Of a stretch of 64,000 nt of DNA, positions 1 through 12,212 are shown one piece after another (the stretch's first letter is position 1; the number at the start of each line of letters is the position of its first letter). The stretch is from positions 124,001-188,000 of the forward strand of contig JAPEUD010000009.1 of assembly GCA_026026165.1 (NCBI GenBank), given 5' to 3'. This DNA is from Sarea resinae (lineage: Eukaryota). The notes beneath the pieces were generated by a model. It was not told the DNA's origin. It ran no database searches and saw nothing but the letters and a program-made list of their open reading frames with translations. A program made the position numbers and the translations under genes.

Positions 1-1313
1 ATCGAGCCCGAGGAGTAGATTGCTAGGGTTAGCTCGTGGGGTGCTTGGGTCCACCGGTGTAGTGCGGGTGCGACGTCCGCGTAAAAGGGCGTCGTGACGG
101 CGCCTGAAGCATAGAGCGTTTGGAAGAGGAAGCCTGGAAAGGGGGCGTTAGTCGCTCTCCGTGCAGCGTTCGGGTGGGTGGAGCCAAGGGAGAGAGGAGA
201 AGCGGCTAGGGAAAAGGAAGCGATGATGAGGGAAAATTAAGTAGAATTGATATCCCGTTCAAAGGAAACAAACGAACGGCAGGACGTGAGATTTGGAGAG
301 ATAGGAAACGTAAAGGGAGAGAGCTAAACTTACCCTGCAACCCCTTCAGATAGGCAACCTTTACATCCCGCGCCGTGAGATCCTGGACGTGCTGCTCGAA
401 CGCCTCGCGCGACTGGCGGGCTTCTTCTGGAAAGGCATTTTTGTAGGGTGTAAAGTCGGCGTCATCCCATTTCTCGGCCAGGACTGTAGGCAGGGTTTGG
501 AGGGAGTAAGGGAACTGGTGGGTTGGTCGCTGTTAGTGGGAGGGAGATGTGAAATAGATGGATTGAAGGGGGCTATGGGGACGAGGGGATATTGTGCGAA
601 AGGCATAGTGGTTGAGATGGGATCCGAGGACAGTCGACACCAGGTGGTCAGACGGGTTCAAGGGGCGTGAGGAAGAATGAAAGAGGCTGTGATCTCGAGA
701 GACAATCCAGCAAACTATAATGCCAACAAAAGCTCAACGCAGATGCGGAGATAGGATCGGATCGCACAACCAAAATCGAAGAGGACTATTCTACAGAATG
801 ATATTGTCTCTTACCAGCACGTCCTTGACAAACGAGATTGGACACACAGTGCCCTCTAGAGTATCAAATCATTCTAATCAGCAAACTTGGCCCTAAAACA
901 ATCTCAAAATGGACAGCGAGAAACGGATCAGAGCCAGAAGAGAAAATGCTGTAAGAATATAATGCAGGGTCATATCCATTTCCACATCCACATCCACGAA
1001 AGTTCAACACCTAGCAAAATAAAACAGAAACCGCTACAGCCACATATACGCAATATCCACTTGAATGCCCTGGGGCCTCGCCTTCGAGACAGTCGACCGA
1101 GTCTAGACCAGCAAGAAGACCAGCCCAAAGCAGACACATCTGCAGGCATACACATAGACACGAAAGGAAAAACATGCATGGCCAGCCCCTCTAATCAGAA
1201 GACAAGCCACGGGAGAGGCGCAAAGCTTGCTCGCTCGCTACAGGCGCGTTGCTGTATGCACTAGACGTACCAATATCCAAGACCACCGCTTTGACTCCCG
1301 AAAACGAAGGCAT
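1..1313 (-). CDS. UTR4: Enolase-phosphatase E1 (methionine salvage, HAD family); 3' part runs off the window
   Basis: Manual splicing of exons 1313-1271, 855-815, 514-334 and 133-<1 gives MPSFSGVKAVVLDIEGTVCPISFVKDVLFPYSL...DVKVAYLKGLQGFLF...AIYSSGSI. LDIEGT and IYSSGS are E1 motifs; all introns are GT-AG. Not seen in the ORF track. Confidence 0.93.
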
Positions 1314-4300
1314 CTTGACGGATACCCGCCTGCTTACAGTCTGTACGAAGCACGTCGGGTTGGATGAGACGGCGGTGTGGGGAATCGGGGAAAATTAATT
1401 CCCTGCTGCAGGAGCGGTACTGGGATGAAATCAATGGTCTGGACATCGTGGAAGAAAAATGAAGGCGGTGGAGGCCCCGGCAGGAAGACAAGAGACTAGG
1501 CCGAGGTGGTCCGCGGAGGACTGACCTGACAAAAGTACGGATTGATATTGACTGTTTTGTACGCTTAGTATATGTTGGATTTCCCGGTGGGGTCTGAGGT
1601 CTGAGAAGGCTACGAATAAGAAAATAGAGATAACAGTGGCAATATCATCATCTACCACTGTTATTGTCGTCGTTGCTGTCGTTTTCCCCTAAAGGTAGCT
1701 CGAATACTGCGTGAATACTCCATAGTACACGAATCCAATTCGATGATTTTTCACACATAGCGAGATCCAATTTGATCGATGATCGACCGTAGTGGTACGG
1801 AGTAGTACGGAGTACAGGAGACTCCGCTCCACTGGTCTATCGTACGGCTGGCTACAGTAGTAGTACCTCAGGTACAGATCATCATCCTCTCGGTATCCGC
1901 CATCCGTTTCAAGCCTAAGGTAGATACTACTCCACTCTCCACGCAATCCAACTCCCTCGCTCGTGAGAACTTTTCCAGTAGAACCGCCATTGCAAAAATT
2001 CTCCATATCAACAACAGAAAACCCCATCGAGACAGCTCACCGCCACATGGAAGTGGAGGCGGAGGTGGAGGTGGAGCCAAACCAATGCAGACAGAGCGAG
2101 ACCTCGTGTGCAGGGCGTCAAGGTAGGGCCGCGGAGCGAGCCGGCTAGGACATGCACTTACATAAGTCCTTGTTGACTATGTACGCAGCAGGTATGCTCT
2201 GCTCTGGCGCTGCCGGACAAGGGCAAAGCAGGCGAGACGCGAGACGACGCGAGAGGAGAGGCATTCAGGACAGGACGAGATGCGCGAAGCTGAGCTGCAT
2301 GAGCTGCATGCCCAGCATGCACGCACCCTGCAAGCCTGCAACTGCCGACTGTCTCATCTGGCTCTGTGATCAGGGATGGATTTCGAGCGAGGGTCCGAGA
2401 GTCTGAGGGCCTTTCCAGGGCACTGGTGCAGTCGCGTGAGCAGACGCTCTGTTTACATCCGATATTGTAGCACCCTACTATGTACGTTTGTAGAGTCCGA
2501 GTAGTGCTCCGGAAGGGATCGTCGATGGACGGAGCTGGACCTGGACCTTTGCCGGCGGGGGATACTACGCAGGACTGTCGCTGTGTTTGTTTACTGTCGT
2601 ACGGCGTATGGAGAAGACTACCGTGCGTTTGTACTCCACCATGACTCCCCCTCTTGCACGGACTGCCATCTCAAACGCTCTTCTCGATCAACGATATGAT
2701 TTAGACGACGATGGAATCAGAGACGGCTGACTCATCCGCCAAGAAAAACGATCGAGATCTGCAACCTGCTCGCCGAGCATTCTTCGACAAGATCAAGTCG
2801 AAGTTTCACCTCATGCCAGTCCAGAGTGACGATATTGCAATGACCTCAGACGTTTCCCATCGAAACCTCGATGCCAATCTAATCGGTTCGATGAGCATTC
2901 GTCGGGGCAATGGAGAATCCGACTGATGATGAAAATCCCCCAAATCCGCCAGAAAGCATCCCATGTTTGCATAAACATGGCCAGATTCCACTTGGCTGCA
3001 CAAGATGCACGCAAGGGGATCGGCAGAGTCATACGTATGAAGCTTTTGAATAATGCATCATCTTGTTGTCGGCCCTCAGTGCTGAGATGATGGTACTCGA
3101 ATAGATTGGAGTCTCTAGTCGTAACCCTCCGTGCACCGTGGGAGAGGGAGAGGGTGTAGGAAGCTGGGCTCTGATAGGGCTGGCGGGTCTGATAAGCGGT
3201 CGCCCGTTTGGCCATCACCGTCGAGAGGGCTGGCTTTGACCCTGCTTGCTTCTGGCAGCTGTTTGGTGCCCGCCACTTTCCCGTTTGAGCTCATAACAGC
3301 TCAGGGCTCCGACGAGTTCAGATCTCCGATCTCCCAAGGTAAGGAGGAAAATAGGGATCTGTGGTCTAGAGCCAGACGAATGCTCGAGTGTTGAATGACG
3401 ATGCTCTAGCTACTCTATCGAAGGAGACATTCGGAAACGAAGCTCTCAGGAGCTTCCCAGCTCTAAGCAACTGGCCGAGACGGGCATCCAAGCCAGATGA
3501 TACTGCAATCCGGCACGAAGTGGGGTACAACATAGGTACGGCAGTCCGTAGTCCGCTTCATTACGACGATCATTGGGGTACTCCGTACTCCGTAGTTGTT
3601 GGGGCCCCTCCATATCATCGTCCTATGCAGATGGTCATTGGCTGGTATTACCTTGGAGTCATGCTCGTAATCAAGCAGAGGAAATCCGAATTCGAAAACC
3701 AATGGCAGCAGAGAAAAATGCGAGGATTATGACGAAAGCAGAGTACTCTCCTCTGGTATGCTGTTGATGGGGTGACGGCAGTACTGCCGCAGTGGTACCT
3801 TGGCCGACTTTTAATTTCCGCTGGGCAAGCGGATCCGTCACGAAAGGGCGAAGGTGCGTATGCAGGCGATGCATTCAGCGCAGACACTGCAGTCGCCCGG
3901 GTCGACTACTCCGTATGAAGTAGACAGGTCAACGTGTACTGAAGTACTTTGTACCTCTGTAAACGTGTTCAGATCAAACTCGAAGAGACTCGTGATGCAC
4001 CAGAAGGGAGAGAGAGACGATCCGTCATGCCCTGGCTCGAATAAGGCACACGGACGGACAACGCTTGACTTGATCCAAGCCAGAGGGAAGGGAAGCTCGA
4101 GTCGTCAACGAGGCAGTACTTCATCCGATGTACGTATTCCCTGTGCTGTTCTCGGCCCCCCGGGCGGCTGCACAAACATAGGGGTGATTGGCTTGAGGGA
4201 TGGATCAGATGGACCAAATGCCCAGGTGGTTCGGTTCCATGGCTGCCCTGCCCTCCAGCAGGTCTTACTTTCGTGCTTGGTCTACGGCGCGGGTATCAAA

Positions 4301-4888
4301 GATACGCCGGGAGCGTCACTGTAGGCACGCTGTAGGAGTACGGAGTATTCGTACTCGAGTACCTCAGGTACTCCATAGTAGCCACGCTTCCTGCTCGCCA
4401 TGCTCCTCCCTCCTCTACGCAGCCCAGGCCATTCGCTAGAGTGGGGGTACGTACCCCTCCTGCCTGTATCCAGTGCGTCTGAGGTGGAATGCCATCGAAA
4501 CAAGAGAAAGCGGCGAATGGTTCAGACCTGATGACCGAATCTGACTGGACCGAACCATCTCGAATCTACCATGGGCCCTGATCGGGGCCGACTCCGGACA
4601 GTGCTGCTATTACGGTGGTCCTCTCTCGTCCCTGCTGCAGTACCTGGGCACCTCGGTACACTATACTTCATCTCTGACTGCGGTCAACCCGCCTCAGCCA
4701 GGTACCGGTACCTGTAAAGCCAGTCTGACTACCACCACCACCACTCGCGATGGATCACTCTCGTCACCCTCGTTACTATTTGCAGCAGCTAGACGGTTAG
4801 TGCTCAACTCTACTCTGATGGGGTAAGGAGGGAACAAGGTGTGGCAACACTACCACCGCTGCCCATGCCATCCGGCCCTCCATGGATG

Positions 4889-6412
4889 TATCCCATCCCG
4901 ACCGAGCTCGCAATCGGCGTTCTGCTTCCTCTCCCTCTCTGTCTCTCCCCTCCCCCCCCTTCCCATCCCATACACCCCCCCCAGCTTCTTTCGTCTCGTC
5001 TAGCCTGTCGAAGCCTGGAAGTGAGTCGAACGGCCGTCGAAGCGGTGTATCGAGCACCAAGCACCAAGCACCAAGCACCAAGCTCTCTTCGCCTGTCTCG
5101 TTCCCTACTTACTCACCCTCCTCTCTTCTCCTTCATCTTCTTCTGTCCTTCCTCCGTTCCCATCATCACCATCGATCCAGCTCAGCTATCCAGATGTTAT
5201 AGGTTGCAAATACAAGACGTTCATCTCCCTCCCCTCCTACCTACTTACTTCCCGACTCACCTACCCCCATCTATTATTACGACTCTCAATCTTCTCCCGC
5301 ATACATTCTCCTTCTCGCTGCGTCTCATTCCTCGTCACCTACGGCAACAACGTCTCTCAACCTAGAACCTCTGGAACGCTTGGGCGATATTAGCTGGCAT
5401 CTCCTGCATCCTCACCAAGGCTGTTCGTGCTCATCAACGATAACTGCTTCTACCCGCCATCATCCATCAGACCAAGCATCCAACGTACCTTCTGCCAGGG
5501 CTCGCTCCACGTCAACATCGGCTCAAGCAGCAATAGCACCCCCAACAGCATTACATCTGGATCGAACGCTCGATAGCTTCTCCTCTACGATCCTATACAG
5601 CCAATTGCAGAATCGTTCAATCGACTCATCTGCTGTTGGTAGCCTGACGAATTGACTCAATACTGCTCGAGAACAGACTTCGTCATTCTGTTCTCGGCTG
5701 AGTCACTGCTTTCCCCATCTGTTGGGCTATCATACCGACCGTTTACGACTCTCCACCTTTGCTCTGCGTCTTCACATTGCCTCTCTTCTTGACGGCAAAG
5801 CATCAGTCCTCTTATATTCTCGCCCCCTAATACCGATATTCTTTCTTCGAACTTTACAAAATTCCGTCATCGGATATATCGACTTCAGCAACAATCCATG
5901 ACGTCCTAAACACTCTTTTCGATTTCCTTGTTTTCCAGCGATACGCAACTGTCTTCCCTACGATCAAATTTCTTTTGTCAACAACCAACAATCTTCACAT
6001 GAGCCTCTGAACCATCGACACACGGAGTTTTTCGGTTTTCGCAAGCACGGCGGACAGCAGATTCATCTAGCGTTTTGAATCTTTCTCTCGATTCGGAGTA
6101 TTCATTGACCTTCAGCACCTCCACTTGTTCAGTACATAACGACATTCTTATCCGTCACCACCTTTGACATTCTTCTTGCAAAAGCGCCTCTCGACCATCC
6201 GCTTTGAGTATATTTTCGACCATTCCACTTCTGTTTTATAGTTCTCTGAGATTGAGGCATTCCCGGAGACAGCCTCGCCAATCCTCTCTTGGCTGTATAT
6301 CTGTCTCACCATCCATCTGCGTTCTCGAATCGGGTTTGACCTGCGAAGTGTGTTCGTGGGGCTTTCGAACTTCGGAACCGACCCTGAACTTCTGTTCATC
6401 ACCATAGAAGAC
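4889..6412 (+). promoter_or_regulatory. Putative long KSP1 5' leader with three minimal uORFs and two Gcn4/CpcA-type sites
   Basis: The only ATGs I found are at 5194 (ATG TTA TAG), 5898 (ATG ACG TCC TAA) and 5999 (ATG AGC CTC TGA). TGACTCA at 5653-5659 and TGAGTCA at 5699-5705. Confidence 0.55.
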
Positions 6413-8317
6413 ATGGAATGTATGCGAAGTCATTTCAAGGAAGGAGCGGTCTTGAACGGAAGATTCGAGACACTATCACCTCTCAATCATGGCTCGTTTG
6501 GCATGGTCTTCCTGGCGAAGGACCTGACGAACGATGAGCTCGTTGCCATCAAATGCTTGACGAAGCCATCGTCATCAGCCGACTGCCCGTCAGAACTTGC
6601 CGTCGACGAACGATCCGAGGAACTGGCTTTCCATGCTCGCCTTGGCTCTCACCCCAACATCGTCAGCATGATCGACTCGTTTGAGACGGGTGCACACATT
6701 TTCCTCGTTCTCGAATACTGCTCTATGGGTGATCTATACGAAGCCATCCGTCTCGAGCGTGGCCCTCTTGAGACCGAACATGTCCGAAGTTTCATGCTCG
6801 AGCTCGTTAATGCTGTTGAGTTCATGCACAGCAAGGGACTTTATCATCGAGACATCAAACCCGAGAACATCTTCTTGTCTCAAGATGGCTCTATGAAGCT
6901 TGGGGACTTTGGTCTCGCCACTTCCGAGACTTGGTCATACGAGTCAACGGTTGGGAGCGACCGCTATATGGCACCGGAGCAATACGACAATTCTGGCAAC
7001 GGTTACTCTCCGGCAAAGGCAGACATCTGGGCAATCGGCATCTGCCTGCTCAATATCTTGTTTTCGCGGAACCCATTCGTCACGCCGACCGAGTCAGACC
7101 CTCTCTTTTCCGACTATATCCGAGACAAACAGTCGCTCTTCGATGTCTTTCCCAATCTATCCCAGGATGCATTCGAAGTGCTATCCCAGTCTATGGCCAT
7201 TGATCCCGAGAAGCGGTCCCTTAGTGCGGTGAGAGACGCGCTGGAGCGTGTCATCACCTTCACTACCGATGATGAGATACTAGACGATTTCTGCACCGAA
7301 GATCGCGACGTTGTACCGGCAAGCGCTAATCGCGAGCCGATCCGTACTCCCTCGATTCAAAGCCCGCAGATCGACCAAGGGGGTTCTTTCCCTTGGGCCA
7401 AGGCACTGCATATGAGTCCCCAGCACCCTGTCCGACAACTGTCCGCAATCCCAGACACCGAAAGCTATCAAGAAGACCTGTTCCCCGGCTCCGAAGAAGT
7501 CGGCAACGATTGGTACCTGGTCCCTGCGGCTTCGTCCTCGATTGCTTCAGCGTTGGACTCAGGTCTTGGAGAATCTCTGAAGTCGTTGGCGATCCGCAAA
7601 CCGGAATCTCTCATCCCGTCTTGCTCCGAAGCGAAGCTTACCTCTGGCTCGATGCCCATCAACATGACAAACAAAAGAATCCCAGCAATGGCGTCGGTCT
7701 TTGGTAAGAAGGAGGCCGTCTCCAAGAGCTGGAGCGACCTGTGGGATGAGGACGAGGAGGAGCAAGCTCAGCATCAACAGGAGCGAATTTTGCAGGAGAG
7801 GCGAGCGCAGAATGCTCGGAGCTGGAGTCAAGAAAGCAAGGAGCAAATTGATGAAGATCGTACTCTTCGTCGCGAAGGTCTTGCCGAGCTTACGAATTCA
7901 TCTTCTGTAAATATTAGGAGCGGCAGTCCTCGTGGCGGTCGCGTGGGAACACCTGGCGTTAGTTATGACGGTATCAGCGAGAATGATGGCTTTTTCTTCG
8001 AGGATCATCATCCTCCGAAGCCCCGGTACTCTCCCCCATCGAAGCGCTCCATAATGGACAAATGGGAGGCTTTGGGGGTGCGGCGGCGAGCTTACACGAA
8101 CGAGAAGGATAGCTCCTCAGAACCCAAGAAGCGTCTTCCGGCTGGAAGCTGGCGGCGTGATCTGGGGCTAGGACTGTCGGGGCGTCATGGTGATGTTTGG
8201 GATAGGAAGGATTGGAGTTCTACCAAGGATTGGCGCCGTGATCATCATATGCACCGGGATTCGAACGGCGAAAGCGACGCGGAGTGGGTTGGGGGTTGGC
8301 ACGACCTCCACTTGTAG
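6413..8317 (+). CDS. KSP1: Ser/Thr protein kinase, Ksp1-like
   Basis: Intronless ORF, first ATG at 6413 (MECMRSHF). Kinase motifs LNHGSFGMVF, VAIK, HRDIKPEN, DFG, GSDRYMAPE; C-terminal SKSWSDLWDE. Confidence 0.85.
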   Translation: MECMRSHFKEGAVLNGRFETLSPLNHGSFGMVFLAKDLTNDELVAIKCLTKPSSSADCPSELAVDERSEELAFHARLGSHPNIVSMIDSFETGAHIFLVLEYCSMGDLYEAIRLERGPLETEHVRSFMLELVNAVEFMHSKGLYHRDIKPENIFLSQDGSMKLGDFGLATSETWSYESTVGSDRYMAPEQYDNSGNGYSPAKADIWAIGICLLNILFSRNPFVTPTESDPLFSDYIRDKQSLFDVFPNLSQDAFEVLSQSMAIDPEKRSLSAVRDALERVITFTTDDEILDDFCTEDRDVVPASANREPIRTPSIQSPQIDQGGSFPWAKALHMSPQHPVRQLSAIPDTESYQEDLFPGSEEVGNDWYLVPAASSSIASALDSGLGESLKSLAIRKPESLIPSCSEAKLTSGSMPINMTNKRIPAMASVFGKKEAVSKSWSDLWDEDEEEQAQHQQERILQERRAQNARSWSQESKEQIDEDRTLRREGLAELTNSSSVNIRSGSPRGGRVGTPGVSYDGISENDGFFFEDHHPPKPRYSPPSKRSIMDKWEALGVRRRAYTNEKDSSSEPKKRLPAGSWRRDLGLGLSGRHGDVWDRKDWSSTKDWRRDHHMHRDSNGESDAEWVGGWHDLHL

Positions 8318-8855
8318 TCTAACTTGCATACCGATGAGGGCTTAACTCTCAGACAAGGGATGGACTCGGCTTCTGAGATTCGATTCTAGCTATTAGGTTT
8401 CAATCACAGATTCACCCACTCAAGAGATCCGATTGCCAGCGATTTTGATGTCATTTGATGTCATTTGATGAGTCTCCTAGCCGTATTCTCTCCTGACGTA
8501 GCGTAGCCCTGCAACCCCGGACGAGAGCGATATAGATAGTAACTGGGCCTCCGGCACGTCCGGCGGCTTCAATTCGATCACTGCTAACAGAACGTTGACC
8601 GACGACGATTTCTGGCATACTGGAGACCTACTCCGGAGTATCTCATCGAATTGCATTTACATTTCAGTCCCGATGGCATCCTGATATCCGAACATGTTCA
8701 AGCCTGCAAAGCAACTTGTCACTTCCACTCGGGGCTGGATCCGAGCAAAACCGCAAACGCTACACACTCGTCCATCCTACCCGTCGCCCACACCCCGCCA
8801 GCACCCCGCCAAAATTGCGACACTCACCTTTCAACGCCCATACAGCTCAACAAAA

Positions 8856-10780
8856 ATGCCTGCCACTCAACTTTTCTGCTTGGAGAATCCTCTCCTGGGT
8901 GAGCCTCCCACGCAATTGTCCATGGTGGGCAGAGTCAAGGAAAGAAAGAGACTGACGTTCCATGCCCCGCAGATATCCAAGGCCAAGGGTAAGACGCTGC
9001 GCTCAGCCATGTCCCCCGACGTCTTTTACTAAAGAGCCGCTACAGAGATGCCAAACTCCTCGAGAAATACGGCCTCAAGGCCAACGATGCCATCCTCGCC
9101 GAGGAGAAGCACATGGGTCTCTATGAGGACCTGATCCAGAACCACAATGCCAAGCTGATTGCTGGTGGTGCCGCTCAAAATACCGCTCGCGGGGCTCAAG
9201 TACGTTTGATCCGCTCTATCTTGCAGCCTCCACAAAGACCCAAATGGCTTCAAAGATCTGATCATTCTGCCTTGCCGGTGATAGTATATCCTTCCAGCAG
9301 ACACGGTCGTTTTCGTTGGCTGCGTCGGCAAAGACAAATACGCCGACATCCTACGCGAAGCGGTCAAGGAGGTTGGCCTGAGGGTCGAATACCGCATTGA
9401 CGAGACGGCGCCAACAGGGCGTTGCGGTGTAATCATCACTGGTCATGACCGGAGTTTGTGCACCGACTTGGCCGCCGCCAATCTTTACAAGCTCGACCAC
9501 TTGAAGCAACCGCATGTGTGGAAGCTGGCGGAGGAGGCCAAGGTATACTATGTCGGCGGCTTTCACTTAACCGTGTGCGTGCCGGCCATCATGGCATTGG
9601 CCGAGGAGGCTGCATCGAAGAACAAGGTACGCAACATTCTTTCAGCTTGAATTTCAACGTAATACAGTATTCTTCATTGTGAAGACTGAGGTACTAACCA
9701 CATGGCTGCTTTTTAGACCTTCATCTTCAATCTTTCAGCACCTTTCATCCCGCAATTCTTCAAGGATCAGCTCGACCAGACCGCTCCTTATTGGGACGTC
9801 TTGATCGGAAACGAGACCGAAGCCTTGGCCTATGCTGAGTCGCACAACCTTGATGTATGTCCAAAATGAATCCCTTGCAAGAATATTTCCTTGCTCCCTC
9901 TCCCATCATTCCACCTCGCTTTTGCATCTAAACCTGTCTGATATCTCACGCCTCGAATGACTAACGAGCATCCCCGAACCCTACAGACGAAAGACATCCC
10001 CACCATCGCCAAGCACCTTGCCCAGCTCCCCAAGAAGAACACCTCGCGGCCCCGCACCATCTTCATCACGCAAGGTCTCGACCCCACCATTGTGGCCACC
10101 GGCAACGCATCCGGCGAGGCGACCGTCAAGAGCTTCTCCGTGATCCCCATCCCCAAGGAGGAGATCAACGACACCAACGGCGCCGGGTAAGAGCCAACCT
10201 TTTTTTTTTTTTGGTCTGCCAACGTTTTCCGATTCTGACTATTTCGGTCCTACAGTGACGCCTTTGCTGGCGGTCTCGTCGCGGGCATCGTGCAGGGCAA
10301 GACGCTCGAGCAATCCATCGACATGGGACAATGGCTCGCCAAGCTCAGCATTCATGAATTGGGTCCTTCGTAAGTGCTTCTGTTTGTTTGCATTGCTTGT
10401 GATGACAATTTCACTGCCCCCCTCGAGCGACGACTCTTCTGCACGCACTCTTCCAGCATCTTCTCTCCATCCGTTCTCCTCCCTCCCATACATACCCCCA
10501 AGAGCAAACCAGAAGCCACGAGAAAATCACACGGAGAAAGAAATTTCGTTCAAGACACCTGTCACCCACCCACATGGCACAATTTGATTCATTCCCAACC
10601 CCCATCTCTCCTGTCCCTCCTCCGTCTCACCCGCACATTCTCGTCCCGGCTCTCTCATTCATGATAACAAGACCGAATCCTCCAGCTCCCTACAGGCAAA
10701 AACGCTAACTCCACCTCTCTTTCCCCCCTTTCCCATCTAGGTTCCCCTTCCCCAAGCAAACCTACACCGCCAGCTCCTAG
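8856..10780 (+). CDS. ADO1: Adenosine kinase (pfkB family), multi-exon, including a 16-nt micro-exon at 8973-8988
   Basis: Spliced MPATQLFCLENPLLDIQGQGDAKLLEKY...AGGAAQNTARGAQ...DTNGAGDAFAGG...GPSFPFPKQTYTASS*. Last intron 10370-10740. Confidence 0.95.
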
Positions 10781-12210
10781 AGAGTCTAGCTAGCTAGCCA
10801 GCCCTCTGTGGTCGCATTTCCATTTCGTTTTCCATTTCGTTTCTCCACCCACCCACTTTCAACGTACGCATCGGAAAAGAAAGGAGAGAAAGAACGAAAG
10901 AAGCGAGTTTCAACAACACACTCTGGGAATCGGTGTTTTTTCAACAAGCTTGTCTTGCGGAGCTTCTTTCTTTCTCTCTTTCTTTTCGTGTTTCGTTTTC
11001 CTGATTTGGTTTTCTCTTTTTCTCTCTTGCATGGATGGATGGATGTATGCATGGGGACTATGGGTCGTTGGTGTGCCATGGTGTGGTGTGGTGTGGTGTG
11101 ACGGGGGGCCGACATGACCCAGATTCGGACGAAGAAATGAAAACGTGTAAAGGAAGAAAGGTGGGAGCGAAAGAGGGAGCGAAAGAGGGACAGACGAAAG
11201 CAAGAAAGAAAGAAAGATCCTCCACGATCTCAGTTGATCCTTGCAATCGTATCTTACTTAGATAGATGACGAAAGCAAGGAAGGAAGAATAGGTAGATAG
11301 ATAGGTGGCCATGGGATATGTCAACCATCCCCGATGATGCCTGACTGGAACTCTCGCTTGCCCTTCTTCATCAATCGGCGCGAACCCACTCCTTCACTCA
11401 CTCACTCACTCACTCGTAAAATCAATGTGAGCCAGCCCGTAGTCGTGAACGGTATGAGTAATTAAGCAAGCAAGCAAGCAAGCAAGCGAATCAATGAACG
11501 AACAAACGCTTGAACGATTGAATGATTGGATGAATGAACGTATGATTGATTGATGGAATCAGACACAGAGAGTACGTAGATCATCCATCCCCCTTTTCCA
11601 TCGTCCCCCTCCCCCCCCAATTTCCCTTTTTTCGGCTATGGGATTCTGCCCGCAGCCATTGTTCCCGGTCTGGTTGTCCATTTCATTGCTATCCGTTTCT
11701 TTTCTTCTCGTTCGTTCGTTCGTTCGTTCGTGGTTCGTTGCGACTCTTCTTTCTTCTCTTTTCTTTTCGGTTAGGTCCATGTATCCTTATTGTTGATGGA
11801 TGTTGATGGGCGGGTTTGTTTGGTGCGTGCATGGTTGATGGTGGTGGTGGTGGTTTGCAGCGTTGCGTTGCGTTGTGGTGCGTTGCGTTACATCATGCCA
11901 GCCTTTCGAGTCCAGCCTTTAGACTCCAGTCCAGTCGAAGCGGTCAGACGAGAAAAGGGGACGAGAAAAGGCGATGGGACGAGCGAGAGCAGGAGCGAGA
12001 GCCAGAGCAAGCTAGCGCTGAAGAAAGCATCCGGGGAAAAAAAGAGGGGGATGGGCGAGATAGATAGATAGATAGCAAGGGGACGACGACGACGACGGTG
12101 ACGACGGTGACGGTCGGATCAGCGCCGCAGGAAGGAGAAACAACGGGGAAGTCATTTTTTCATCATTGATCGAATCGATGGAGACGGGCTTGGTGATTAT
12201 CTAGCATGGC
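10781..12210. repeat. Microsatellite-rich convergent intergenic/3'UTR region
   Basis: (GTGTG)n near 11080, (CACT)n near 11395, (AAGC)n near 11464, (TTCG)n near 11711, (GATA)n near 12059, (GAC)n near 12082. Confidence 0.8.
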
Positions 12211-12212
12211 CA

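Noticed and set aside
1500..4500. Many 60-156-aa ORFs in the UTR4-KSP1 spacer (e.g. 2711-2926, 3854-4324)
   Set aside because: No recognisable domains, inconsistent starts, no coherent exon chain.
10399..10420. Box C-like GTGATGA in the last ADO1 intron (C/D snoRNA?)
   Set aside because: No downstream box D (CTGA) or terminal stem found within the intron.
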